In this document: positions 46,603 through 55,527 of the stretch, in pieces
Layout: each line of letters starts with the position of its first letter
Position numbering within the stretch: position 1 is the stretch's first letter
Made by a program: the position numbers and the translations under genes
Notes under the pieces: generated by a model
What the model was told of the DNA's origin: nothing
Databases searched by the model: none
Seen by the model: only the letters and a program-made list of their open reading frames with translations
Source: Alphaproteobacteria bacterium
GTDB taxonomy: Bacteria > Pseudomonadota > Alphaproteobacteria > Elsterales > Elsteraceae
Reading direction: 5' to 3'
Assembly: GCA_004292755.1 (NCBI GenBank)
Contig: RDXE01000033.1
Span: forward strand, 9,961-73,960
DNA: 64,000 nt

Positions 46603-47368
46603 GGGCCGCCACTTCCTGCCGCAGGGCGGTCAATTCCTCCAGCACGCGATCCAGCCGCGGGTCGGCATCGCTGCCCTCTGCAACGGCTTGGCTATGCAGG
46701 GCGTTGGTCAAGATGCCGATGAACAGGTTCAACACAGCAAAGCTGGTGATGATGATGAAGGGCAGAAACACTGCCAGCGCGTAGGGGTGGCTGTCCATCA
46801 CAGGGCGCAGCACATCACTCCAACCATCCATGGTCATGATTTGCAGCAGTGTGAACAGCGACGCACCAAGGGTTTCAAACCGCTCTTGATCCATGCCGAA
46901 CAGCTTGGTGCTCAACACAGCGAAGACGTAAAAGATCAGCACAATCAGCAAGAGCACCGTGCTCATGGGGGGAATCGCTGCCAGAAACCCGCCCACCACC
47001 CATCGCATCGATGGAATCAAGCTGATCAAGCGCAGCAAGCGCAGCACGCGAAACGCCCGCAGCACGGACAGCGCACCACTGGCGGGCACCAGCGCAATAG
47101 CGATCACGGTAAAGTCAAACCAGTTCCAGCCGGACCGCCAGAACCGTTTGCCCTCGACCAGCAGGCGCGCCGCGATCTCAACGACAAACACCGCCAAAAT
47201 GGCGGTGTCGATCATCTTTAACAGTCCACCTGCCGTGGCCATCACCGAGGGCGAGGTTTCGATGCCAAGCGTGACGGCGTTGATCAGGATCAGGGCTGTG
47301 ATCACCCGCGTGGTTGCAGGCGCATTCAGCCGCGCCTCTATGCTCTGCCGCCAGGAGCCCACAACCAT
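46544..47368 (-). CDS. bacterial voltage-gated cation channel (BacNav/NaChBac family) with Cav-like filter
   Basis: 274 aa, 6 TM. S4 is SVLRAFRVLRLLRLISLIPSMR (R every third residue). Pore is FTLLQIMTMDGWSDVLRPVM. C-terminal coiled coil. ATG 47368 (or GTG 47362) follows GGAGG. Confidence 0.8.
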   Translation of the reverse strand: MVVGSWRQSIEARLNAPATTRVITALILINAVTLGIETSPSVMATAGGLLKMIDTAILAVFVVEIAARLLVEGKRFWRSGWNWFDFTVIAIALVPASGALSVLRAFRVLRLLRLISLIPSMRWVVGGFLAAIPPMSTVLLLIVLIFYVFAVLSTKLFGMDQERFETLGASLFTLLQIMTMDGWSDVLRPVMDSHPYALAVFLPFIIITSFAVLNLFIGILTNALHSQAVAEGSDADPRLDRVLEELTALRQEVAALRAATAATGPTPDPTLPAR

Positions 47369-47460
47369 CCTCCAAAATCCAACCGTCGCTGGCGGTCGTG
47401 TGGCACGCGGCGCGGTTGGCTGCAACGGCGGGATGGTGACAGACCCACGACCCGGCGGCG

Positions 47461-47471
47461 CCCCCCCCCCC
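47461..47471. repeat. C11 homopolymer (G11 on minus strand)
   Basis: Eleven consecutive C residues counted at 47461-47471, in the gap between the doxX stop and the channel gene start. Confidence 0.9.
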
Positions 47472-47513
47472 GGCGACCCCACGCGTTGGGTGGGTGTCGC
47501 CGAAGGGCGGTGA

Positions 47514-47942
47514 TCAAGCCGCAGGTGCCGGGCGGGGCTGATTGCCTGGCAGCAGGGCGCTTGCCCGGAAGGCGCCATCACCCAACAAGGCCTGGGCTGC
47601 CAGCGCCACGGTCCAGAACGCCGGAAACTCCCACCCACCCTTGGGATTCGAGAACAGCCATCCATTGCCCAGATGGACCATGGTTGCCCCGATCAACACC
47701 GGGATCGCGGCCAGAGCGGCCCACCGGGTCCACAGACCCGCGATCATCATCAGCCCGGCGACAACTTCGACGGCAACGACCAGGTAGGCCATGACGCCCG
47801 GATAGCCGAGGCTCTGAAAGAACCCAACAGTCCCAGGCAGAGTAAAGACAAAGATCTTCAGCAGGCCATGGGCCAGCAGAAGCACGCCCAGAGAGACACG
47901 CAGCAGCGTGATTCCGTAGTCTACTGTACGAACGTCGGTCAT
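47514..47942 (-). CDS. DoxX-family membrane protein
   Basis: ITLLRVSLGVLLLAHGLLKI..., 4 TM, HLGNGW motif. Start at ATG 47942. Confidence 0.8.
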   Translation of the reverse strand: MTDVRTVDYGITLLRVSLGVLLLAHGLLKIFVFTLPGTVGFFQSLGYPGVMAYLVVAVEVVAGLMMIAGLWTRWAALAAIPVLIGATMVHLGNGWLFSNPKGGWEFPAFWTVALAAQALLGDGAFRASALLPGNQPRPAPAA

Positions 47943-48635
47943 GTGAGGTATCCAGTCTTGAGGAAGGCGCAGGGTGCGCCACTGATCACTCATCCAGCCT
48001 AGCACCACTGTGGACTGTCCCGGGGGGCGATACGCCCCTGGCCTTCAGTCCTGTGATGCGGTGGGTGAGCAACCGAACACCCAGTCAGGCTAGCCCCTTT
48101 CGCCGCGGGTGATAATCCAATTCCCCGGCAGGAGACTTGTACGCGATTTGAACAAATCAGCTTTGGTCGTCGTCATCCAGGCGTGCAACCACGGTGCAGC
48201 GCCATAGCCCTAATTCCAGGATCAAGCCGTGTCATACTAGGGAATAGGGGACTTCTGGCAATGCTCACACTGGGTTCTCCTGAGATTAGCAATAGGCATC
48301 ATGCTCAGGTCTGAGCAAACGTGCAGCGAGTCGCCCGTTTCGGCGTTTGAGTGTGAATTCATTACTATGAGTGCACAAAGTCCGGAGCGAAGCCAAAGCA
48401 ACACCAGTCCGCCGCTGTTTGATCAAATCCAACTTGCGGTGTGCGCTGAGCGGAGTAGCGTCATGGTCACACCGACGCGCCCAGGCAGGGGCGCTAGTGA
48501 TGTGTGGGACATCGACGCCAGATGTGGGTTTGGAACGCGAGTGATGTGCGGATTGCTCCCCAGCGAGCAGGCAGCGGAGGTGTGAAAGGCCACAGGGCCA
48601 AGGCGCCAACACGCGCTCTTCCGTTGATACCGCTG

Positions 48636-49202
48636 ATGCGCGACGGCCTTCGCCCACAGCGCCGCAGAGGCACCGGCGGCCTTCAGTCACCACAGCGGCT
48701 GGCCGCTCAAGCGATACGCCCCTGGCACGATCAAGTGGACGCGCTGCCGCCGGTCCGGCGCATCCTGAAAGACACGGCCAGCGCAGCGGACTGGCAGGCG
48801 GTCCTGCGCGCACAGGTTAGCTTTCACAGTGTGCTGGCCGGTGCGGCGCGCCCGGTCGCCCGATGGGATCGGGGCCCTGCAGGCCTGCCACCCACGCTGG
48901 CGCAGCTGCGGTGGCGCTTTCGTGTGTTGTGCCCGCCTGGGACGCTGCGCAGAGGGCGATGGTCCCGCGTTCAACGGTTGGCTGCGGGCTGGGTGGCATT
49001 GGGGGCAGAGGCAGGCTTGAGCGTGCTGGCCCGCCGTGCGCATCTCCTGACCGAGGCTCGGCAAGGGCGCGCTGGGCTGCGCTATCGCCTTTTGACCCAA
49101 ACGGGCCGTCAGGGCGCAGCGTTTCGGCAGGCCTGTCAGGCCTGGATGCGCCTAGCCTTTGCCTGTGTGTGGCAGCAGCGCTGCTTGTGGCGCAGCCCAT
49201 GA
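48636..49202 (+). CDS. heme-oxygenase-like protein (BphO candidate), divergent
   Basis: 188 aa. AIRPWHDQVDAL (proximal-His helix pattern), DWQAVLRAQVSFHSVL and AAGWVALGAEAGLSVL parallel the HxxxE/D, YxxxLxxQxxF and GWxYVxEGSxLG segments of BphO/HemO as I recall them. ATGA overlap with bphP. Odd Arg/Trp-rich composition lowers confidence. Confidence 0.45.
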   Translation: MRDGLRPQRRRGTGGLQSPQRLAAQAIRPWHDQVDALPPVRRILKDTASAADWQAVLRAQVSFHSVLAGAARPVARWDRGPAGLPPTLAQLRWRFRVLCPPGTLRRGRWSRVQRLAAGWVALGAEAGLSVLARRAHLLTEARQGRAGLRYRLLTQTGRQGAAFRQACQAWMRLAFACVWQQRCLWRSP

Positions 49203-51850
49203 GCCCGAAGGATCAAAGCGATACCGGACGAGACATCCCGCCAGAGGTACTGGAGGGGTTGCTGGCCACCTGCGCCAGTGAGCCGATCCATCGGCCAGGT
49301 GCGGTCCAGCCCTGGGGTGCGCTCGTGGTGGTCAATGCGCAGAGCCGGGTGGTCGCTGCGGCCAACACCGCGGCCATCCTGGGTCAGGCTCCGGAAACCA
49401 TCTTGGGGGCTGACTGGTCGGCAGTTGCAGCAGGGTTGGGCGTCGCAGGGCTGCGGTTCCACACGCAACCGCGCTTTCCCCATGTGTCGATCCCGCGCGT
49501 GGCAGCGCTGTCAACGGGATCGACGGTTCTCGTGGACCGGTTCGAAGCGGCGGGCCGGGTGTTGTATGAATTTGAGCAGCCACCCTGCGATCCCGAGCCA
49601 GACATCGACAGTGCTGAGGTGATGCTCGCCTTACACGGTTGTACCTCGGTCGGCGATGCAGCAGCGCGCGCGACGCGTTTGCTGTCGGACATCAGCGGTT
49701 TCCACCGCTGCATGCTGTATGAGTTCGACCCGGACTGGTGCGGCACCGTGATCGCCGAAGCCGTGGCGGGTGGCGGGCCGACCCGGTTTGTCGACCACCG
49801 GTTCCCGGCTTCGGACATTCCAGAACAAGCACGGCGCCTCTACACCGCCAGCGTTATGCGCATCATCCCGGATATTGCGGCGCCGACCTGTCCGTTGGTC
49901 ACCGATGGCACGCTGTTGTCTGGCGCGATTGACATTGGTCCCGCGTTGACCCGGGCGGTTTCGCCCGTTCACCTGCAGTACCTGCGCAATATGGAAGTGC
50001 AGGCGACCATGGTGCTGTCGATTCTTGTCGAAGGGCGTTTGTGGGGCATGCTGGTCTGCCAGCACCCCACCCCCTATCGGCCACCGGCGGCGGTACGCCT
50101 ATTCGCCCAGCATCTTGCCTGTGCGCTGGGGCCAGTGATCGCCTTCTTGCGCTTGCAGCACGAAACCAACCGCCAGCGCGCGATCACCCCCGTGTTTGAG
50201 ACGTTGCGTCGCGGTGGTGCCGGGGCCGTTGCCACCAGTTTGCGCACGTTGGCGGGCCATTTGCAGATGCTGATGAACGCCGATGGCTTCGCCTTCCGCA
50301 TTGGCGGGGCGGACTATGCCAGTGGCGTGTTCACCAGCGTGCCACGCCACCTGCCGCGCCGCGAGGGGGCGGACCCGATGGAGGTGCTGTCCGTCGCGGC
50401 CAGCGACACTGCAATCGACACTGGCGACTGGCCGCCGACCGTGGTGGGGGCGTTGGTGATCCCGCTCGATGTGGATCGCCGCGATGTGCTGCTGTTCGGT
50501 CGTCGCGACCAAGTGGAGCCGGTGCGCTGGGCGGGCGAGCCGAACAAAACCATCACCGTCGATCCGAGTGGCGTTCCGCGTTTGAGCCCTCGTGGATCCT
50601 TCGAGGCATGGATTGAAGTGAAGCGCGGGCGCGCCCGCCCGTTTGATGCCATCGAGCTTGGCTTTGCCGAGACCCTGCAAACCTTGATTGGTCGGCTGAT
50701 CGCGCACCACGCGCTGACCGAGGAGTTGGCCCGCCGCCGCGACGTGGAGCGGCTGTTAACGGAAGAGGAACGGCGCAAGCAGCAGTTTCTGGACCTGTCT
50801 GGGATTCGGTTCTGGGAGGCGCGGTCTAGCGGGCGCATCACCTTCCTGGGCGGCAACACATGGTCGCTGCCGTGGTTGGCCGACAAGGACTTGGACAGGT
50901 TGATTGTTGACGTGCTGACGCGGGATATCCTGCAACCAGTTCAAGCCGGTGAGATCCGGCGCTTGTTTGGCAGCCGGGCAGCGTTCTCTGATGTGACGAT
51001 CAGCTTGGTTGATCCGCTGAGTGGCGCTCCGCACACCTTGGTGTTAGGGGCCGTGCCGCAATACTCCGCGGCCGGGGCGTTCCTGGGGTGGCGCGGTGTC
51101 GCTGCCAACGTCACCGATCAAGTCAACCAGCAGGTGCGCGCGGCCGAGCTGGATGCCGTGGTCGCAGCGAAAAATCGACTGGTCGCCTCGGTTAGCCATG
51201 ACCTGCGCCAGCCACTGCAGGCGATGACGTTGTTCGCCAGCCTAGCGGCAGCCCGCGCCACGGACCCGGATCTGGCGGATTTGATCGCGCGCATCGAGAC
51301 GCAATCGAATGCCTTGAGTTCCCTGGTCAATGCACTTTTGGATGTTGGTCGGATTGATGATGATCTGGTGCGCCCCGTGATGGCGGTGGTGGACTTGACC
51401 GAGATGCTGCACCGGGTGGTGCGGGAGTATCGCGACACCCAGAAGGGCAAGCCGATTGCCATCCGGTGTGTGCTGCAGCCTGCACGGGCGATCACGGATG
51501 CTGGCCTGGTGGAACGCCTGTTTCGCAATCTGATCCAGAACGCCGTGAAGTTCGCGACACCCGGGCGGGTGCTGGTGGGTATTCGCCGACGGTCCGGGCG
51601 CCAAGTGATTGAAGTGATGGATGACGGCCCCGGCATCGCGCCGGAGCATCACGAGGAGGTGTTTTCGGCTTGGCGCTCGCGCCAAACCCTGCCCATCCAG
51701 GGACCGGAGGGCATGGGGCTGGGACTTGCGACGGTGCGTCGGATCGCCGACGTGCTGGGCATCACGATCCAGCTGCGCAGCAGGTCGGGCCAGGGCACGC
51801 GCTTCACCTTGACCTTCCCAGCCGATGCGACCTCGGCCGCACTCAGTTGA
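49199..51850 (+). CDS. bphP: bacteriophytochrome sensor histidine kinase (PAS-GAF-PHY, extra PAS-like region, HisKA, HATPase)
   Basis: Biliverdin Cys context LLATCASEPIHRPGAVQPWGALVV, RFPASDIPEQARRLY, SPVHLQYLRNMEVQATMVLSI and LWGMLVCQH. PHY region has VRWAGEPNK...LSPRGSFEAW. H-box VASVSHDLRQPLQAM. N/G boxes LIQNAVKFA, DDGPGI, GMGLGLA. Confidence 0.85.
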   Translation: MSPKDQSDTGRDIPPEVLEGLLATCASEPIHRPGAVQPWGALVVVNAQSRVVAAANTAAILGQAPETILGADWSAVAAGLGVAGLRFHTQPRFPHVSIPRVAALSTGSTVLVDRFEAAGRVLYEFEQPPCDPEPDIDSAEVMLALHGCTSVGDAAARATRLLSDISGFHRCMLYEFDPDWCGTVIAEAVAGGGPTRFVDHRFPASDIPEQARRLYTASVMRIIPDIAAPTCPLVTDGTLLSGAIDIGPALTRAVSPVHLQYLRNMEVQATMVLSILVEGRLWGMLVCQHPTPYRPPAAVRLFAQHLACALGPVIAFLRLQHETNRQRAITPVFETLRRGGAGAVATSLRTLAGHLQMLMNADGFAFRIGGADYASGVFTSVPRHLPRREGADPMEVLSVAASDTAIDTGDWPPTVVGALVIPLDVDRRDVLLFGRRDQVEPVRWAGEPNKTITVDPSGVPRLSPRGSFEAWIEVKRGRARPFDAIELGFAETLQTLIGRLIAHHALTEELARRRDVERLLTEEERRKQQFLDLSGIRFWEARSSGRITFLGGNTWSLPWLADKDLDRLIVDVLTRDILQPVQAGEIRRLFGSRAAFSDVTISLVDPLSGAPHTLVLGAVPQYSAAGAFLGWRGVAANVTDQVNQQVRAAELDAVVAAKNRLVASVSHDLRQPLQAMTLFASLAAARATDPDLADLIARIETQSNALSSLVNALLDVGRIDDDLVRPVMAVVDLTEMLHRVVREYRDTQKGKPIAIRCVLQPARAITDAGLVERLFRNLIQNAVKFATPGRVLVGIRRRSGRQVIEVMDDGPGIAPEHHEEVFSAWRSRQTLPIQGPEGMGLGLATVRRIADVLGITIQLRSRSGQGTRFTLTFPADATSAALS

Positions 51851-51859
51851 CGACCAGCG

Positions 51860-52933
51860 CTAGAAGAGCTCGATCGAGCCGGTCCCTCCGTCAGCCGTCG
51901 TGGCCGCCGTCTGGTCGCGGATTTGGGCTTCGAAGCGCATCCGGACCTCGCCGAGGGTGAGTTGCTGGGCGATTTCCCGCGCCCAATCGGCGTCGGCTGT
52001 CACCCCGTCAGCCAGTGGTCCCAGGCAGTCGCGGGTCTCCGCCCCGATGGCCGTGACTGCGGTGCGCAGCGTGCTCAAGGTGTTGACCACGCTGCCGATG
52101 TGCTGGCTCGCGCGATCCTGGAACTGCATCGCCGTGACCAGACCGCCAACCATTCGATGCAGGTCCTGGGATTGGGTTTCCGCGGTGCGGGCCAGTGCGG
52201 TGAACTCGCGATTCTGGACACTCAGCCCTTCCAACAACTGGTGCAGGCGATGGGCTGCCGCGCGATGGGCCGAAAGGTCCATTTGGGCAATTGATTGCAG
52301 AATGCTGTGGCTTTGCCGCACGCCATCGGAGACGGCCGTGATCTGACTGCGGATTTCCTGCGCTAGGGTGTTGGTGTTCCGCGACAGCTCGCGCACTTCA
52401 CCCGCGACCACAGCAAAGGTTCGTCCGGCATCGCCGGCGCGTTGAGCCTCGATGGCGGCATTCAATGCAAGAAAGTTGGTGGTGCGGTTGATCCCCTCGA
52501 TCCGGCCGATGGAGGTTTCTGCCTCAGTCACCTTGGTTGCGACGGCATCCAGCGCGTGGGTCATGGTTTCAGCATGGGCGGCAAGGTCGGAGATCAGGCT
52601 CAACACATCCTGCATGGTGGTTTCGACAAATGCCGTGACCTCAGCCAGCGGTAGCCGCTCCCGCGCCGAGACCGGCACGCTGTTGGCGACATCGATGATC
52701 CGGCTCAGGCTGCCGGACTGGTCTTGTGCGCGTTCGGCCAAGGCCCGGAACTGCTGGGACAAGTCAACCGCACTGTCCTCAACCGAGGTGGAAACCAGAC
52801 TCAGCTCCGCCACCACCGAGGCGAAGGCGCGGGCCTCCAGATCCGACAGGCTGAGCCAGCGCCGCAGCAAATCCGCCACAGCCGGGGAAAGCGCTGGATC
52901 GGCGGGGCTGGCGCTGGGGCTGATCATGTCCAT
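51860..52933 (-). CDS. soluble methyl-accepting chemotaxis protein (signalling domain only)
   Basis: No TM or sensor domain. Hairpin tip is [41 protein letters not shown] follows downstream. Confidence 0.85.
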   Translation of the reverse strand: MDMISPSASPADPALSPAVADLLRRWLSLSDLEARAFASVVAELSLVSTSVEDSAVDLSQQFRALAERAQDQSGSLSRIIDVANSVPVSARERLPLAEVTAFVETTMQDVLSLISDLAAHAETMTHALDAVATKVTEAETSIGRIEGINRTTNFLALNAAIEAQRAGDAGRTFAVVAGEVRELSRNTNTLAQEIRSQITAVSDGVRQSHSILQSIAQMDLSAHRAAAHRLHQLLEGLSVQNREFTALARTAETQSQDLHRMVGGLVTAMQFQDRASQHIGSVVNTLSTLRTAVTAIGAETRDCLGPLADGVTADADWAREIAQQLTLGEVRMRFEAQIRDQTAATTADGGTGSIELF

Positions 52934-52962
52934 AGGGGCGTCCAGTCCAAGCAGGGGGTGGG

Positions 52963-54030
52963 TCAGATGCGCACGCGGGGGGTGCGGGCCTGCAGCAGGA
53001 TTTCCGCTGCGACGCGGTCCAGTGGTACCTCGCTGGTGACCGCGCCAAGCTGCTTGGCGGCTTTTGGCATGCCGTAGATCATGGCCGTCGTCTCACTTTC
53101 GCCGATGGTGTAGGCGCCGGCCGTGCGCAGCGTCAGCAATCCCTCTGCCCCATCGCGCCCCATGCCGGTCAAGATGACGCCGATGGCGCGACTGCCCGCA
53201 CTTTCGGCGACGGAGCGGAACAGCACGTCGACTGAGGGGCGGTGCCCCGACACCAGTGGGCCGTCGTCCAGATGGCACACATAGTTGGCGCCCGAGCGCT
53301 TCAGGCGCAGATGATGGGTGCCGGGCGCAATGTAGACATGGCCGGGCAGCACGCGCTCCCCCGCGGTTGCTTCGGCGACACGGACAGCCGACAAGCCATT
53401 CAATCGGGCGGCAAAGGTGGCTGTGAACCGCCCCGGCATATGCTGGGCGATCAGCGTGGCTGGAGCGTCTGGCGGCAGGGCCGTGATGACTTCGCGCAAA
53501 GCCTCCACGCCACCTGTCGAGGCGCCAATGGCAACCACCATCTCCGTGGAGCGCACGCCGGAATCCCCGGTCGGTGCCAGTGGCTGCGGGCGCGGGCGCT
53601 GGCCCAGCGGGCGGATGCGCGCGCGAGCGGCAGCCAGCACCTTTTCCACCAGCGCCTCCCGCTGGAGCGCCATGCCCTCGCTCAGCCCCAGCTTCGGCTT
53701 TTCCAGGTAATCCACCGCCCCCAGCTCCAGTGCCCGCACGGTTGCTTCCGCCCCTGCTTCGGTGAGGGAGGAAACCATGACCACAGGCATGGGCCGCAGT
53801 GTCATCAGCCGCTCCAGAAACACCAAACCGTCCATCTTCGGCATTTCAACGTCGAGCGTGATCACATCCGGGTTCAGCGCCTTGATCATCTGGCGGGCCA
53901 CCAAGGGATCTGGTGCCGCGCCCAGCACCTGCAGGCGCGAGTCAGAGCCCAGCAGCTCGGTCAGCACGCGGCGGATCAACGCCGAGTCATCGACAATCAG
54001 AACCGTCACGCGCTTGGCGGCGTCTGGCAT
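52963..54030 (-). CDS. cheB: chemotaxis response regulator protein-glutamate methylesterase
   Basis: REC domain ([26 protein letters not shown]) plus methylesterase domain (IGASTGG, GMGRDGA). Confidence 0.92.
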   Translation of the reverse strand: MPDAAKRVTVLIVDDSALIRRVLTELLGSDSRLQVLGAAPDPLVARQMIKALNPDVITLDVEMPKMDGLVFLERLMTLRPMPVVMVSSLTEAGAEATVRALELGAVDYLEKPKLGLSEGMALQREALVEKVLAAARARIRPLGQRPRPQPLAPTGDSGVRSTEMVVAIGASTGGVEALREVITALPPDAPATLIAQHMPGRFTATFAARLNGLSAVRVAEATAGERVLPGHVYIAPGTHHLRLKRSGANYVCHLDDGPLVSGHRPSVDVLFRSVAESAGSRAIGVILTGMGRDGAEGLLTLRTAGAYTIGESETTAMIYGMPKAAKQLGAVTSEVPLDRVAAEILLQARTPRVRI

Positions 54031-54036
54031 GGCCGG

Positions 54037-54651
54037 TCACTCAAACAATTCAACTGAACCATCCGTATCGCGCTGCGCCAGGGCCGCGCGATAGAACCGC
54101 TCCGAGTTGAAAATGCGCAAATCAGGCTCGCGGCGCAGAGCCTGCATCATCACGCGACCGGTTGCGGGAAAGTACAGAATGCGCCGAGCTGCATGGCCGC
54201 CAACATCCTCCGCCAGCACTGGCAGCCCTTCGGCCGACAGAAAGGCGTGAGCGAACTGCACATTGGCATCGCCAATCTGCATGCGCATGCGCGCCATGTT
54301 GGCGCCGCCGAACAGCTTGGTCTCCAGTCGCTCGCGCCGCGCCCCTGCGCTCAGAAGATCATTGATCAACCGTTCCATCGCCACATGGCCATAGCGCAGC
54401 GAGCGGTTGGCGCTGCCCCAGGCATCGCCGGCCTCGCCCGGTAGCATGAAGTGATTGATGCCGCCGACACCCGCCACGGGATCGCGCATGCAGGCGGCCA
54501 CGCACGAGCCAAGCACGGTGCTGATCACCTCATCGGTGTTGCGCGTGACGTAATGCTCGCCGGGCAGCACCTTGACGATGTGCGCACCCAGTTCCGCATT
54601 CCAGTATCGATGCACGACAGAGTCAGCGGAAGGTAGCGGCAGCGCAGTCAT
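54037..54651 (-). CDS. cheD: chemoreceptor glutamine deamidase
   Basis: VISTVLGSCVAACMRDPVAGVGGINHFMLPG (catalytic Cys/His context). ATGA overlap with cheR. Confidence 0.9.
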   Translation of the reverse strand: MTALPLPSADSVVHRYWNAELGAHIVKVLPGEHYVTRNTDEVISTVLGSCVAACMRDPVAGVGGINHFMLPGEAGDAWGSANRSLRYGHVAMERLINDLLSAGARRERLETKLFGGANMARMRMQIGDANVQFAHAFLSAEGLPVLAEDVGGHAARRILYFPATGRVMMQALRREPDLRIFNSERFYRAALAQRDTDGSVELFE

Positions 54652-55523
54652 GAAGGCCTGACCTTTCGGTAAATTGTTCGCCCAACCGGCTGGAAGCGGT
54701 CGCAGACGCGAAACAGACTTTCGGAATGTCCAATGTACAACAGACCATCTGGCTCCAGATAATCCGCAAAACGCTCAAATAGCTTCTTTTGGTCTTCTTT
54801 CTTGAAATAAATCACGACGTTACGACAAAAAATGACTTGAAATTTTCCTGTCATCGGCCAGTGGTCAAACAAGTTCAGGGGATTGAAGGTGATCAACTGG
54901 GAGAGAGCGTCGGCCATGCGCACCCTCCCGCGGTCTGCGGGGTGAACAAACCGGCTGGCGAAGCGCGGGGCAATCGCCTGACAGCGCTCACGGGCGTACA
55001 CACCGGCGCGTGCATGCGCAAGGACATCCGTGTCGATATCCGTTGCCAGGATGCGCGCATCCCACCCACGCAGGTCACCCAGGCCAGCCACCACGGCCAT
55101 TGCCATGGAGTAAGCTTCCTCCCCAGTCGAACACCCAGCAGACCACAGGCGCAGGCGGTGGCCTGTGGGCGGGTTGGCGCGCAGGTGCGCGATCACGTCC
55201 CGCTCCAGATGCTCAAAGTGATGGGGCTCACGGAAGAAGCTGGTCAGGTTGGTCGTGATTGCGTTGACCATCCGCCGCCGCTCGTCTTCCTCTTCCGGCA
55301 GGTCCAGGCGGTCGCAGTAGCTGCTGAAATCGTCCAGCCCCAACTGCCGCAACCGCTTGGCCAGCCGTCCATACACCAAGGAACGCTTGTGCGGGCCAAG
55401 CGCGATCCCGGTGGTGGTGCGGACCACCGTGGCGATCCGATCAAAGTCCTGATCCGTCATCGGATAAGACTCCTCAATCGGCATCGCCTCGGCGACCGCA
55501 GGGGATGAGGACAGGAGCGCCAT
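54648..55523 (-). CDS. cheR: chemotaxis protein methyltransferase
   Basis: NLTSFFREPHHFEHL, LRLWSAGCSTGEEAYSMA, VIFCRNVVIYF and GLLYIGHSE. Confidence 0.92.
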   Translation of the reverse strand: MALLSSSPAVAEAMPIEESYPMTDQDFDRIATVVRTTTGIALGPHKRSLVYGRLAKRLRQLGLDDFSSYCDRLDLPEEEDERRRMVNAITTNLTSFFREPHHFEHLERDVIAHLRANPPTGHRLRLWSAGCSTGEEAYSMAMAVVAGLGDLRGWDARILATDIDTDVLAHARAGVYARERCQAIAPRFASRFVHPADRGRVRMADALSQLITFNPLNLFDHWPMTGKFQVIFCRNVVIYFKKEDQKKLFERFADYLEPDGLLYIGHSESLFRVCDRFQPVGRTIYRKVRPS

Positions 55524-55527
55524 CCGC

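Noticed and set aside
47369-47665. 99-codon N-terminal extension of the channel ORF through the G11 tract.
   Set aside because: The extension is Pro/Arg/Gly-rich, overlaps the doxX 3' end and lacks an RBS. Starting at 47368 or 47362 gives a 274-aa protein matching NaChBac length, with GGAGG upstream.
48301-48585. 94-aa ORF in the long gap upstream of bphO.
   Set aside because: No RBS, no recognisable motif, and a composition atypical of this genome's genes. Kept only as part of the non-coding-gap finding.
48863-49198. 112-codon N-terminal extension of bphP in the track ORF.
   Set aside because: It overlaps the heme-oxygenase-like ORF in another frame. ATG 49199 gives the usual distance (about 20 residues) from the N-terminus to the chromophore Cys and an ATGA junction with the upstream ORF.
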